From Saprospiraceae bacterium (lineage in GTDB: Bacteria; Bacteroidota; Bacteroidia; Chitinophagales; Saprospiraceae), in assembly GCA_016710235.1 (NCBI GenBank), contig JADJLG010000001.1, forward strand, positions 3,307,225-3,371,224: a stretch of DNA of 64,000 nucleotides, written 5' to 3'. Within the stretch, counting starts at the first letter, position 1. Each line of letters opens with the position of its first letter. The notes beneath the pieces were generated by a model. The model worked only from the letters and a program-made list of their open reading frames with translations. It had not been told where the DNA came from and did no database searches. The position numbers and the translations under genes are program-made. Below, in pieces: positions 1 to 9,333 of this stretch.

Positions 1-606
1 CTTCCACACTACTGTATTGCCCATCAATGCAGGTGCACAAGGCAAATTACCAGCGATTGAAGTAAAATTAAATGGCGTCAAAGCGAAAATAAACCCTTCA
101 AGAGCCCTGTATTCCATTTTATTCCAAATCAAAGGCGAGGATTGTGGCTGTGTATTGTAAATCTCGGTCAAAAACTGAACATTAAATCTTAAAAAATCAC
201 AAAACTCACATACCGCGTCAATTTCAGCCTGAAAAATATTCTTTGACTGACCCAACATCGTCATAGCATTGGTCATGGCTCGATATCTCCCTGAAATCAA
301 ATCGGCCGCCTTCAGAAAAATAGAGGCTCTGTCCTCCCATCTCATATTTTCCCAATCTGGTTTTGCATCCATAGCAGCCTGAATAGCAGAGCGCACATGA
401 GTAGCGTCTCCTTTTTGATAATAGCCTAAAACATGCTTGATATCATGAGGAGGATGGATTGCTATCCTCTCAACACCACTGACTTCTTGGCCATTTATGA
501 TCATGTTTATTTCGAGTACCTGTTCTTTCAGTGTTTTAAGCGCAGCTTTAACTTGTTTTTTTTCCAAAGAACCTGGCGCGTAACTTAGCACTGGCTCATT
601 TTTCAT
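1..606 (-). CDS. pruA: 1-pyrroline-5-carboxylate (L-glutamate gamma-semialdehyde) dehydrogenase, N-terminal 202 codons; the gene runs off the left edge
   Basis: Not in the ORF track because it is partial. My own minus-strand translation from the ATG (complement of 604-606) gives MKNEPVLSYAPGSLEKKQVK...QSKNIFQAEIDAVCEFCDFLRFNVQF...FALTPFNFTSIAGNLPCAPALMGNTVVWK, typical of the ALDH4/PruA family. The frame stays open to base 1. Confidence 0.8.
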   Translation of the reverse strand, partial: MKNEPVLSYAPGSLEKKQVKAALKTLKEQVLEINMIINGQEVSGVERIAIHPPHDIKHVLGYYQKGDATHVRSAIQAAMDAKPDWENMRWEDRASIFLKAADLISGRYRAMTNAMTMLGQSKNIFQAEIDAVCEFCDFLRFNVQFLTEIYNTQPQSSPLIWNKMEYRALEGFIFALTPFNFTSIAGNLPCAPALMGNTVVWK

Positions 607-632
607 TATTGGTATATGCAGGATTGAATTAT

Positions 633-1127
633 TCATGGATTGAGGTTTATATTAATATTTGGAATTTCGTTTGCAATAACTTCAGGAACAAATTTTCTTA
701 CATCATGTTTAGCCATCACAAGTTCCCGAACGACTGTGGAGCTCAGTTGTGAAAACTCTGGTCTACACATGAGCAGTATTGTAGTGAGTTGTTCATCGAT
801 TTGTTGATTCATTTGCGCAATAGTTTTTTCGTACTCAAAATCCTGCGTATTTCTCAAGCCACGAATTAAATAGTGCGCTTCGATTTCTTTGCAAAAGAGA
901 GCGGTCAATCCGGAATAAATTTCGACTTTAATCTTTGGCTCTTGCTCAAAAATTTGCTCTATCCATTTTTTCCTTTGCTCTGCTGAAAAAAGCGATTTCT
1001 TTACAGAGTTTATCCCTATAGCGATAATCACTTCATCAAACAAATATTGAGCTCTCAATACCACATCCACATGTCCGAGGGTCATTGGATCAAAAGATCC
1101 CGGAAAAACAGCTTTTTTAAATTTCAT
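633..1127 (-). CDS. coaD: phosphopantetheine adenylyltransferase
   Basis: 164 aa. The N-terminal AVFPGSFDPMTLGHVDVV nucleotidyltransferase (T/HxGH) motif and the overall length fit CoaD. Confidence 0.9.
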   Translation of the reverse strand: MKFKKAVFPGSFDPMTLGHVDVVLRAQYLFDEVIIAIGINSVKKSLFSAEQRKKWIEQIFEQEPKIKVEIYSGLTALFCKEIEAHYLIRGLRNTQDFEYEKTIAQMNQQIDEQLTTILLMCRPEFSQLSSTVVRELVMAKHDVRKFVPEVIANEIPNININLNP

Positions 1128-1195
1128 ACTTGCACAAAATTAAAGAGTAAAAGCTTCGCTATCCAATTGTACCTGAGTAAAAATAGCAACTAAAT

Positions 1196-1222
1196 AAAAA
1201 AGCGGGACTAGCCCGCTTTTTA
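1196..1222 (-). terminator. intrinsic terminator hairpin, symmetric with an A-run and a T-run, so potentially bidirectional
   Basis: aaaaAGCGGGactagCCCGCTtttt sits directly after the stop of the 1247..2242 gene. It has a 6-bp GC-rich stem flanked by A5 and T5. Confidence 0.6.
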
Positions 1223-1246
1223 TTCGTATATAAGATGTGATTACAA

Positions 1247-2242
1247 TCAAGCTTCTTTGCCTCCGTTCAACTGATCATGATATTCATAGAAGGCTTTCCA
1301 TTCTCCCCGAGCTGCCAAATCTGCTTGCTTAGGCCAAGTAGATGGATTGGCAAGCTGAAAGCGATCTCCTGCAGCTGTAAGAATAGCCTGGATGTCACTT
1401 ACAGCAGTAATTGACAGAGCTTTCCAAGTTTTTATTCCCGCTTCATGAAGCAGCAACTCAATTTTTGGTCCGATGCCCTCTATTGCTTTTAGGTCATCTT
1501 GATCGTACCTTTTCAATAAACCCATTTTAATGAGTACACTTTCCAATTTTGAATTTGTTTCTGTATTGGAAGAATCATCTTTTCCACCAGCAAGCTGCTT
1601 CTGCAACATAATCAATTCATCCCACTGGCCATGATGTGCCAATCCGGCTTGTTGTGGCCAACTGGTCGGGTCAATGATTCGATATTTTGCATCAGCGGAT
1701 TCTAGATCTTTTTTCAATTGGGCTCCATCCTGCAAAGAAAGATCCTTCCAGGTGATTATACCTTTTGATTTTAAAAACTCATCCATTTTAGGTCCAATTC
1801 CTTCAACGATTTGAAGCTGATCAGGATGGAGCGCAGCAAATGCTGTTTCAGGTATATAACTTGAGCCTAAATGTTCACTTGACATTCTGGATTCTGGAAA
1901 CAGTTCTGTTTTCTGGTCTAAGTCAATATGAACGGGTTCAGATTTCTTTGAATTTTGGCAATCTTCCAATTGCAATTGAGTAGATTTTAACTCAATTCGA
2001 AGTCTATTCAACTCATCACGAAGACTAGCCTCTGATTTTAACCTTAGGTCCAGATCTGCCTGCATTGAACTCCATTTCGCCTGAGAATTTAGGTCTAGAC
2101 TTTCTGTCACAGTTTCATCGGATTCCACAGGATATTGAGAATTGAGCAATCTAGAAAACCACCATCCAAGTAGAAATGGCAGCAACCAAGAGAGTAAAAC
2201 TTGCCACCAGGCGAGGTTACAAATAGAAAAAAGTAATATCAT
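1247..2242 (-). CDS. membrane-anchored coiled-coil protein with two helix-hairpin-helix (H3TH/COG3743-like) repeats
   Basis: N-terminal hydrophobic segment (LAWWQVLLSWLLPFLLGWWF) followed by a coiled-coil-like stretch (LRDELNRLRIELKSTQLQLEDCQ). Two internal repeats follow: IVEGIGPKMDEFLKSKGIITWKDLS...PTSWPQQAGLAHHGQWDEL and AIEGIGPKIELLLHEAGIKTWKALS...PSTWPKQADLAARGEWKAF. Confidence 0.6.
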   Translation of the reverse strand: MILLFSICNLAWWQVLLSWLLPFLLGWWFSRLLNSQYPVESDETVTESLDLNSQAKWSSMQADLDLRLKSEASLRDELNRLRIELKSTQLQLEDCQNSKKSEPVHIDLDQKTELFPESRMSSEHLGSSYIPETAFAALHPDQLQIVEGIGPKMDEFLKSKGIITWKDLSLQDGAQLKKDLESADAKYRIIDPTSWPQQAGLAHHGQWDELIMLQKQLAGGKDDSSNTETNSKLESVLIKMGLLKRYDQDDLKAIEGIGPKIELLLHEAGIKTWKALSITAVSDIQAILTAAGDRFQLANPSTWPKQADLAARGEWKAFYEYHDQLNGGKEA

Positions 2243-2253
2243 GGCAATGATTT

Positions 2254-3063
2254 TTATTTTTTTATAATAAGTTCAGTTCTACGATTAAGTGCTCTTCCAT
2301 CTTCAGTATCGTTGGAAGCTATTGGTTGGCTTTCACCAAAAGATTCTACGCTAATGCTCTTTGCTATAACACCTTTTGAAACTAGATATTTCTTTATTGT
2401 GATGGCTCTATTCAGTCCCAATTTTTTATTTTCTTGATCATCGCCGACATTGTCAGTATGACCTTTAAGGTCTATTTTGAATTTTTCCTCTATTGCCCTG
2501 GCTGCTACTTTATCCAGAAAACTAATCAATTCCGGTGATTTATCCCAATCAGTTGAATTGAATTCATGGTGAATAATAGCTTTATTATCCAATTCTTCAA
2601 CAACTGGAAGTGCTAATATAGCGCTGGTTAATACATACAAACTATCAGAGATGAAGTCAGAATCAATCAATTTTGAGTTTGTATTATAGGTCGCAATCAC
2701 TCCCCTTTTAACCAATTGTGTTTTCATCATTTCAGCCCTGGCAAGTCCTAAATTAGCATAAGTTGTATGATTAATTTCTTTGGAATTGTAGAAGCCGGTA
2801 ATTGTCAATTCTTTATTTCCCTTTTCAATTTTGCCGAGTGAATCTGCATAGGTTCCCCAATGCGCGCCGAAACTAGCACTGTCACTATTCGAATGGAAAT
2901 AAATATTGCCGGGTAATGCTTTTGAAACAATCTGAGTTTCGCCTTTTGGCTCTGAATCTGATTTGTTCATTGAAGCTGTGCAACAGCTTTCTTTACTACA
3001 AGACCAGATACTGAAATAAATGACACCTAGAAGAAGCCAAAGTATAAATGCTAACCATCTCAT
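2254..3063 (-). CDS. OmpA-family peptidoglycan-associated protein with an N-terminal membrane anchor
   Basis: C-terminal OmpA_C signature: LKGHTDNVGDDQENKKLGLNRAITIKKYL...GESQPIASNDTEDGRALNRRTELII. It lies 11 nt upstream of the 1247..2242 gene on the same strand. Confidence 0.85.
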   Translation of the reverse strand: MRWLAFILWLLLGVIYFSIWSCSKESCCTASMNKSDSEPKGETQIVSKALPGNIYFHSNSDSASFGAHWGTYADSLGKIEKGNKELTITGFYNSKEINHTTYANLGLARAEMMKTQLVKRGVIATYNTNSKLIDSDFISDSLYVLTSAILALPVVEELDNKAIIHHEFNSTDWDKSPELISFLDKVAARAIEEKFKIDLKGHTDNVGDDQENKKLGLNRAITIKKYLVSKGVIAKSISVESFGESQPIASNDTEDGRALNRRTELIIKK

Positions 3064-3167
3064 TTCCCAGATTTTGTTAATAAAATTACAAAAATGTGAC
3101 TGAAATACTTGCTAAAAGTAACATTTTTATTCTTTGCGACACTAATCTATGTATTTTTTTTCTGAAA

Positions 3168-5108
3168 ATGATACTAGAAGAATTATCCAAAAGACCCTTT
3201 TTGCTCCTCTTGCTATTGTTTGGAATGGTGACCCTAACATTAGAGAGCATAGCCTATGAAGGCAGGTGTGGAAATTGGTCAAACTGGACATTGGGTATAT
3301 TGAGTTTAATATTTTCGTACTTACTCTACTACTCACGAAGACATTCAATTGGAATTATTGGAGGAATTTGCATTGCATCTTTATTGATCAATGTCACCCA
3401 TAGAACGGACCAACATTGGCAGATTCGACAATCTGAAGGTACCAAAACCAGAGAACAAGTATTAATAGTAAAAGAACATTTTAGCAATGAGCCATATTCA
3501 AAAATCATAGCATCCGATGAAGATAAAAGATTGATTTTATTAACATCCTTTGAAAAACTACCAAAGCTATACCATGGAGATACTTTAATAGCGTTAATCA
3601 GGAATACCCCAATTCAAAGAGCATCTATTTACGACCCATACAATGAAGCAAAATATCTACACACCATGCATATTTTTCAAAAAGGCATGGTTGATTCCCT
3701 TATACAAATCAATAAAAATAACGGCTCACACCCAAAGCGCTTATCTCAAATGGCAAACGAATGGGCATGCCTGCAAATTGAAAAATACACCAAAAGAGAA
3801 TACTCCGCATTACTTTCCGGAATATTGTTTGGGAACAAGCAAGGTATTTCTAAGGATACAAAAAACGCCTTCATTCAAACAGGAACAGCTCACATTCTTG
3901 CAGTAAGCGGATTGCATGTTGGTATGCTCTATGTCATTGTTAGTTTTATATTTCGCTTCATCCCATTACCGAAGAAATTCAAATGGATAAAATCAGTTTT
4001 AACGATACTCAGTATTTGGTGTTTTGCATTTATATGTGGTGGAGGTGCATCGATCATTCGTGCTGTGGTCATGTTCACATTATGGGAAATTGGAATTCAT
4101 TTAAAAAAGTATGCCGATAGTATAAATATTTTGTGTGCGACAGCTTTCATTATGGTTGTGCTAGACCCTTGCACCTTGTTCGATATTGGATTTCAGTTGT
4201 CTGTGGCTGCAGTACTGAGTATTATCTTATTCCAATCTCATTTCAGAAAAATATGGCCTGGAAGCAACAAAATCACAAACCACATAGCAGAAAATTTGTG
4301 GATAACTATTTCTGTTCAGATTTTGATAATTCCTTTGACACTATACTATTTCCATCAGTTTCCAACATATTTTATCCCAGCAAATATTATATGGATTCCG
4401 CTTTCGTTTTTATTAATGGTATGTGGTCTGATGATTATTGTCACAGCTGGTTTAATTCCGACAATCGCTATCATATTCGGATGGTTGTGCAACGTACTGA
4501 TGTTGACCGGTACCAAGACTTTCGAAGTTTTGGAGAAATTGCCATTTTACATCATTGATGGCATATGGATCAATCTTTTCCAGTTGATCATCACCTTTTC
4601 GAGTATTTACTTTCTTTATCAAAGTTTTTCACGAAAACATTTTCCTTCTCTTAGGATAAGTATGCTACTGATGATCGTGTACGGAGCCAGTTTCCTAGTC
4701 CAATATTCTCTGGCAAATCGGACTGAAGAAATCATATTTTATTCTCTAAAAGATAAAGAAGCTTTTGACAAAAGGGTCGAACATAGTGTAATTTCGGGAT
4801 TGACGGATTCAATCCCTGCAAATGTCAAATTGTATAGAGCAGCAAATTTTGTAGATCAGGTATGGGAACTCAGAGATTCACTGAGCAAAGTAAGGTACCT
4901 GGAACAACTTGCCTCCCTCGGTATTCTTCTAGTAAATAAGGACAATTTCAAAAACATCCAGAAATATGACACGATTCCTCCTAATATTGTGGTATTAGGA
5001 AACACCCTTAAACCTTTCCAAAAAAAGCTGATTAAAAAAATATTTACAAATCAAGATGCTATCATCCATGACTTGAAAACAGAAGGATCACTCGTTTTAA
5101 AACTATAA
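3168..5108 (+). CDS. comEC: ComEC/Rec2-family DNA internalisation channel protein, with no beta-lactamase domain
   Basis: Polytopic membrane protein with the competence-domain core: FIQTGTAHILAVSGLHVGMLY...GGGASIIRAVVMF...GFQLSVAAVLSII. The ORF track begins at GTG 3096. I prefer the in-frame ATG at 3168 (MILEELSKRPF). Confidence 0.85.
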   Translation: MILEELSKRPFLLLLLLFGMVTLTLESIAYEGRCGNWSNWTLGILSLIFSYLLYYSRRHSIGIIGGICIASLLINVTHRTDQHWQIRQSEGTKTREQVLIVKEHFSNEPYSKIIASDEDKRLILLTSFEKLPKLYHGDTLIALIRNTPIQRASIYDPYNEAKYLHTMHIFQKGMVDSLIQINKNNGSHPKRLSQMANEWACLQIEKYTKREYSALLSGILFGNKQGISKDTKNAFIQTGTAHILAVSGLHVGMLYVIVSFIFRFIPLPKKFKWIKSVLTILSIWCFAFICGGGASIIRAVVMFTLWEIGIHLKKYADSINILCATAFIMVVLDPCTLFDIGFQLSVAAVLSIILFQSHFRKIWPGSNKITNHIAENLWITISVQILIIPLTLYYFHQFPTYFIPANIIWIPLSFLLMVCGLMIIVTAGLIPTIAIIFGWLCNVLMLTGTKTFEVLEKLPFYIIDGIWINLFQLIITFSSIYFLYQSFSRKHFPSLRISMLLMIVYGASFLVQYSLANRTEEIIFYSLKDKEAFDKRVEHSVISGLTDSIPANVKLYRAANFVDQVWELRDSLSKVRYLEQLASLGILLVNKDNFKNIQKYDTIPPNIVVLGNTLKPFQKKLIKKIFTNQDAIIHDLKTEGSLVLKL

Positions 5109-5117
5109 TAAATACTT

Positions 5118-6059
5118 ATGCAAACAACAGGGAAATTCTATGACAAACTGTATCTCAGTAAAAATGAAAGGCTCGGGATAGCCTTGCTTCTTTTGGTACT
5201 CTTGTGTGTTGTATTCATACCTATTCTTTGGAGAGGACGGATGAAAATTGAGGAATACAATCTTAAATCATCTCCTGGTAAGATTGAACAAGAGCTTACC
5301 GGGATAACAGAGATTTCAAATCATGTAAATCCACTGCAAAGTAAGAGCAAACGCCTTAATCCATTTCCCTCTAACGAATATAAAAACATTCCAAATCAAT
5401 TATTTGAATTTGATCCCAATCATCTCACAAAACAGGATGCAATAAATCTTGGAATTTCAGAAAAAACCTATGAGATTCTGCAAAACTATTTAGAGAAAGC
5501 AGGTATGATTTCTTCATCTGAACAGTTTTCTAAGATTTATGGTATTTCTCCTGCACTCTTCAAAAAACTTGAAAAGTACATTAGATTCCAGAATATCACT
5601 GCAGTAAGTGCCAAACAAAGTTCTTATTCAAAAAAGACTATTGAATCCATTGACATCAATGAGGCCAGTGTAGAAGACTGGTCAAAATTACCTGGAATTG
5701 GACCCGTTCTATCAGATCGCATCATTCGTTACAAAAATAAGTTGGGAGGCTTCTATCATGTTGACCAGTTGATGGAAGTTTACGGACTTGCACCTGAAAC
5801 ACACGAACAAATAAAGCAATATTTGAAATGCAATCAGAGAATTACTCCACTCGATTTGAGGGAAAAATCCATAAAAGAAATTGCAAGTCACCCATATTTG
5901 GATTACAAATCGGCAAAACTCATACATGCTTTTTTGAAGCAGCATCCAGATATCAGTTCAACCAATGAACTAAACCAAATATTCGGTTTAGATCAAGCGA
6001 CCATTGAGAAAATTGGCCCCTATTTATCCTGGAAAAATAAAGATACTTTATCGGAATGA
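5118..6059 (+). CDS. ComEA-like protein with an N-terminal TM helix and three helix-hairpin-helix modules
   Basis: TM segment LGIALLLLVLLCVVFIPILW. The canonical ComEA motif is INEASVEDWSKLPGIGPVLSDRIIRYKNKLGGFYHVDQLMEVYGL, with degenerate copies before and after it. It starts 10 nt after comEC. Confidence 0.75.
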   Translation: MQTTGKFYDKLYLSKNERLGIALLLLVLLCVVFIPILWRGRMKIEEYNLKSSPGKIEQELTGITEISNHVNPLQSKSKRLNPFPSNEYKNIPNQLFEFDPNHLTKQDAINLGISEKTYEILQNYLEKAGMISSSEQFSKIYGISPALFKKLEKYIRFQNITAVSAKQSSYSKKTIESIDINEASVEDWSKLPGIGPVLSDRIIRYKNKLGGFYHVDQLMEVYGLAPETHEQIKQYLKCNQRITPLDLREKSIKEIASHPYLDYKSAKLIHAFLKQHPDISSTNELNQIFGLDQATIEKIGPYLSWKNKDTLSE

Positions 6060-7028
6060 AGCTGCTTTATCGACCAGTTTCTTAGAACCGATAATTATGG
6101 GAGAGCGCTGATGCAATTCGGAGATTTCGATGTCAAGAATCCGTTCATTTTGTTCATTAATACTCACTCCTCCTGCTTGTTCTACAATAAAACTAAGAGG
6201 ATTGCATTCATACAACATCCGCAACTTACCACTTATATTCTTTGATGTTGAAGGATACATAAACACGCCGCCAAGACAAATCGTGCGATGAATATCAGCT
6301 ACCATCGAACCTATGTATCTCAACATTTTCTTTTGATCCACACAGTATGAAATAAAATTTTTGATTTCATTTGTAAAATCAGAATAATAAGACTGATTTA
6401 CACTGTAATAAGGTCCATCTTCAGGCATTGCCATCTGAGGATGTGACAAGCAAAATTCACCAATACCTCTGTCATAAGTAAAACCATTAACACCCATTCC
6501 AGTAGTAAAAACGAACATTGTTGAAGTACCATACAAAACATAACCTGCTGCAATTAGATGAGTTCCCTTTTGAAGAAAATCTCCCCACACTGCAGGAGAT
6601 CCAACAGGACTTATGCGTTCATAAATTCCAAAAATAGTTCCCACAGAAATGTTGACATCAATATTGGATGATCCATCTAATGGATCCATCACTACTATAT
6701 ATTTATGGGGACTACTCTTTACAGCAGGAAAAGAAATGTACTCATCCAATTCCTCTGACGCGACACCAGCGCATAAACCCGAGTTTCTCAGATATTCAAT
6801 CATGAGTTCATTTGTATATATATCCAGTTTCTGGACTGTGTCACCAGATGTATTGACTGTACCTTCGATACCGAAAACGTCCATTAATCCTGCTTTATTC
6901 ACTATCCGATTGACGATTTTAGCTGCAATTCCGATATGCCTCAACAGCCCTGAAAACTCTCCTGTTGACAAAGGAAACATTTGCTCGTTCTGGATAATAA
7001 ATTCGTCCAATGTTATTCTTCGTGACAT
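6048..7028 (-). CDS. fbp: fructose-1,6-bisphosphatase class 1
   Basis: FBPase-I motifs DPLDGSSNIDVN, GSMVADIHR and YECNPLSF. The ORF-track start at 7046 is a TTG. The ATG at 7028 (MSRRITLDEFI) is more plausible. Confidence 0.9.
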   Translation of the reverse strand: MSRRITLDEFIIQNEQMFPLSTGEFSGLLRHIGIAAKIVNRIVNKAGLMDVFGIEGTVNTSGDTVQKLDIYTNELMIEYLRNSGLCAGVASEELDEYISFPAVKSSPHKYIVVMDPLDGSSNIDVNISVGTIFGIYERISPVGSPAVWGDFLQKGTHLIAAGYVLYGTSTMFVFTTGMGVNGFTYDRGIGEFCLSHPQMAMPEDGPYYSVNQSYYSDFTNEIKNFISYCVDQKKMLRYIGSMVADIHRTICLGGVFMYPSTSKNISGKLRMLYECNPLSFIVEQAGGVSINEQNERILDIEISELHQRSPIIIGSKKLVDKAASFR

Positions 7029-7145
7029 ATTTTCATTTTTCTGCAAATGTACTCCTCATCCACGGCTAATCAAAGTTTTTTAGAAAAGCCAAACGAAGCA
7101 TCACAACAAACAATTCAGACTTTGGATTGTATCCTATTATCGCAG

Positions 7146-8908
7146 ATGAAACATTTGTTTACTTTAAACAAGTACCTCTACAAGTATAGAAGACAGCTGA
7201 TACTCGGGATGATCTTTGTTGTATTGTCCAACATTTTCGTGTTCTTCAACCCCAAGCAATTCGGCATGCTTTGGATACTATCGTCTTGTATCTGAACAAT
7301 CCGACTCAAGAAGGTAGTGTCCTACTTCGCAGTAACTTAATGAAATTTGGACTATTGGTGTTAGCTTATGCAGTATTGATGGGGATTTTCATGTATTTCA
7401 TGCGTCAAACTATTATTGTAGTCTCGAGATGGATAGAATACGACCTGAGAAAGGTGATCTTTAACCATTATCTTCAGCAAGACAACAGTTTTTTTAGAAC
7501 CCACAGGACAGGAGATCTTATGTCGAGAATTTCGGAAGACGTCAATAAAGTGAGAATGTATCTTGGTCCCGTACTATTGTATGGTATAAATCTTGTGGCA
7601 TTATTCATTGTCGTCATCTTTACAATGGTTCAGGTGAATCCTAAACTTGCTCTTTTCACATTGTTGCCATTGCCTTTTTTATCTGCCATTATTTATTGGG
7701 TAAGTAATAAAATCAATGTTAAAAGCGAACATATTCAGATTCAACTTGCCAAACTCACCTCTTTGGCTCAGGAGGCTTTCTCTGGTATCCGTGTCATCAA
7801 GTCTTATGCTGCGGAGAAATACTGGAACGAAGAAATGGATAAGCAAGCGTCTGAACAAAAAAAACTGAGCTTAAGTCTTGCCAAAGTGGATGCATTGTTT
7901 TTTCCTAGCATGTTTTTATTGATCGGAATTTCAACTTTGATTACCATATATATAGGAGGACTCAATGTATATGACGGACATGTTACCACAGGAAATATTG
8001 CTGAATTTGTGATCTATGTAAATATGTTAACTTGGCCGGTTTCTGCAATTGGTTGGTGCGCTTCATTAATTCAGCAAGCAGAAGCATCACAAAAACGCAT
8101 CAACGAATTCCTGTCACATCCTTCACCTGCCAAAGTAGGAAATGAGCATGAATTGCTTACAGCTGGTCCCTGGGAAATAGAATTTGAAAATGTCGCATTC
8201 AGGTATCCGGAGAGCGGAATTCAGGCAATCCAAAACCTCAATTTCAAAATAAAATCCGGATCTCGTGTTGCAGTTGTGGGCAAAACCGGATCCGGCAAAA
8301 GTACCCTCACCGAACTCTTGCTCAAGTTTCAAAAAGCGGACCATGGCAAAATACTAATTAACCATATTCCAATTGAGAACATATCGGTTTTACAATTGAG
8401 GAGCCTGATCAGTTTTACTCCACAAGATGTATTTTTATTTTCGGACACCATACAAAACAATATGCTTTTTGCGCCTGAATCCTCTCCTGATTCCTTGCAA
8501 AGGATCACCAATTTGGCTTCACTGGATTCAGAACTACCTCAATTCAAGGATGGGTACCAAACTATGATTGGAGAAAGAGGAGTTTCTCTCAGCGGAGGAC
8601 AGAAACAAAGAGTTTCTTTGGCCAGAGCATTAGCTAAACCATTCCGTCTCCTCATTCTTGATGATGTACTTTCCGCTGTCGATGAACATACTGAACGCCA
8701 CATTACAAAGGCAATTTTTAGCCTTCAGAATGAATTTACAACTATCTTTATTACGCATCGCTTGGAACTATGTAAAAATGTAGATCATGTCTTTGTAATG
8801 GATGAAGGCAGTGTCGTTGAGTCTGGCACTTTCGAATCTCTCATGCACAATGAAAGCTATTTCTTTAAACTGTACCACGCAAATTTGGAAGAAGAAATGA
8901 CTGTATAA
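7146..8908 (+). pseudogene. ABC exporter (fused TMD-NBD, MsbA/multidrug type), interrupted by a 1-nt frameshift
   Basis: The track splits it into 7047..7295 and 7271..8908. Frame 1 reads MKHLFTLNKYLYKYRRQLILGMIFVVLSNIF. The continuation RVLQPQAIRHALDTIV... is in the -1 frame from 7238 onward. The junction is the T4 run at 7234-7237. Downstream are Walker A GKTGSGKST, the signature LSGGQKQR and Walker B LLILDD. Confidence 0.75.
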
Positions 8909-8949
8909 TCAAATCTTTGTTATTTTTACATAAAATTAAATTTTTCAAC

Positions 8950-9300
8950 GTGGACAAACAACGAAATATCGAAAGCGTTTTTACAAAAAAGGTAAAAGCC
9001 GGAAGGCGGAGAAATTACTTTTTTGATGTTCGCCAGACCAAGGGAGAAGATTATTATATCTCCATTACTGAAAGCACGAAGAAGTTTGGGCAGGAGGGAG
9101 TTGAAAAACACAAAGTATTCATCTATAAAGAAGATTTCCTACGATTTGCTGCCGGACTTCAGGAAGCCATAGACGAGGTTCGGTTCAAATTACTACCTGA
9201 TTTTGATTATGAGGCATTTGCCAGAAGAGATGAAGAGTGGGAAAATGAGCAGGCGCATAAAAACCAAGAATCTCCGGAAGAAAAGAATATGGAATGGTAA
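8950..9300 (+). CDS. PUR-alpha-like (DUF3276-type) nucleic-acid-binding protein with an acidic tail
   Basis: KAGRRRNYFFDVRQTKGEDYYISITESTKKF...KHKVFIYKEDFLRFAAGLQEAIDEV matches the bacterial PUR repeat pattern. The start is uncertain (TTG 8917 or GTG 8950). Confidence 0.6.
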   Translation: MDKQRNIESVFTKKVKAGRRRNYFFDVRQTKGEDYYISITESTKKFGQEGVEKHKVFIYKEDFLRFAAGLQEAIDEVRFKLLPDFDYEAFARRDEEWENEQAHKNQESPEEKNMEW

Positions 9301-9333
9301 TTCCTTTTGATACAAAATTCTGATGAGCTTTTA

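Noticed and set aside
4297-4305. Perfect DnaA box TGTGGATAA. There is also a one-mismatch TTATCCACg around 10667-10675.
   Set aside because: These are single isolated 9-mers inside the comEC and flippase coding sequences. One perfect hit in 64 kb on two strands is about what chance predicts, and there is no clustering or adjacent AT-rich unwinding element.
7047-7145. N-terminal extension of the ABC exporter ORF (MYSSSTANQSFLEKPNEASQQ...).
   Set aside because: It begins directly at the divergent fbp start region and has no similarity to exporter N-termini. The conserved N-terminus begins at ATG 7146.
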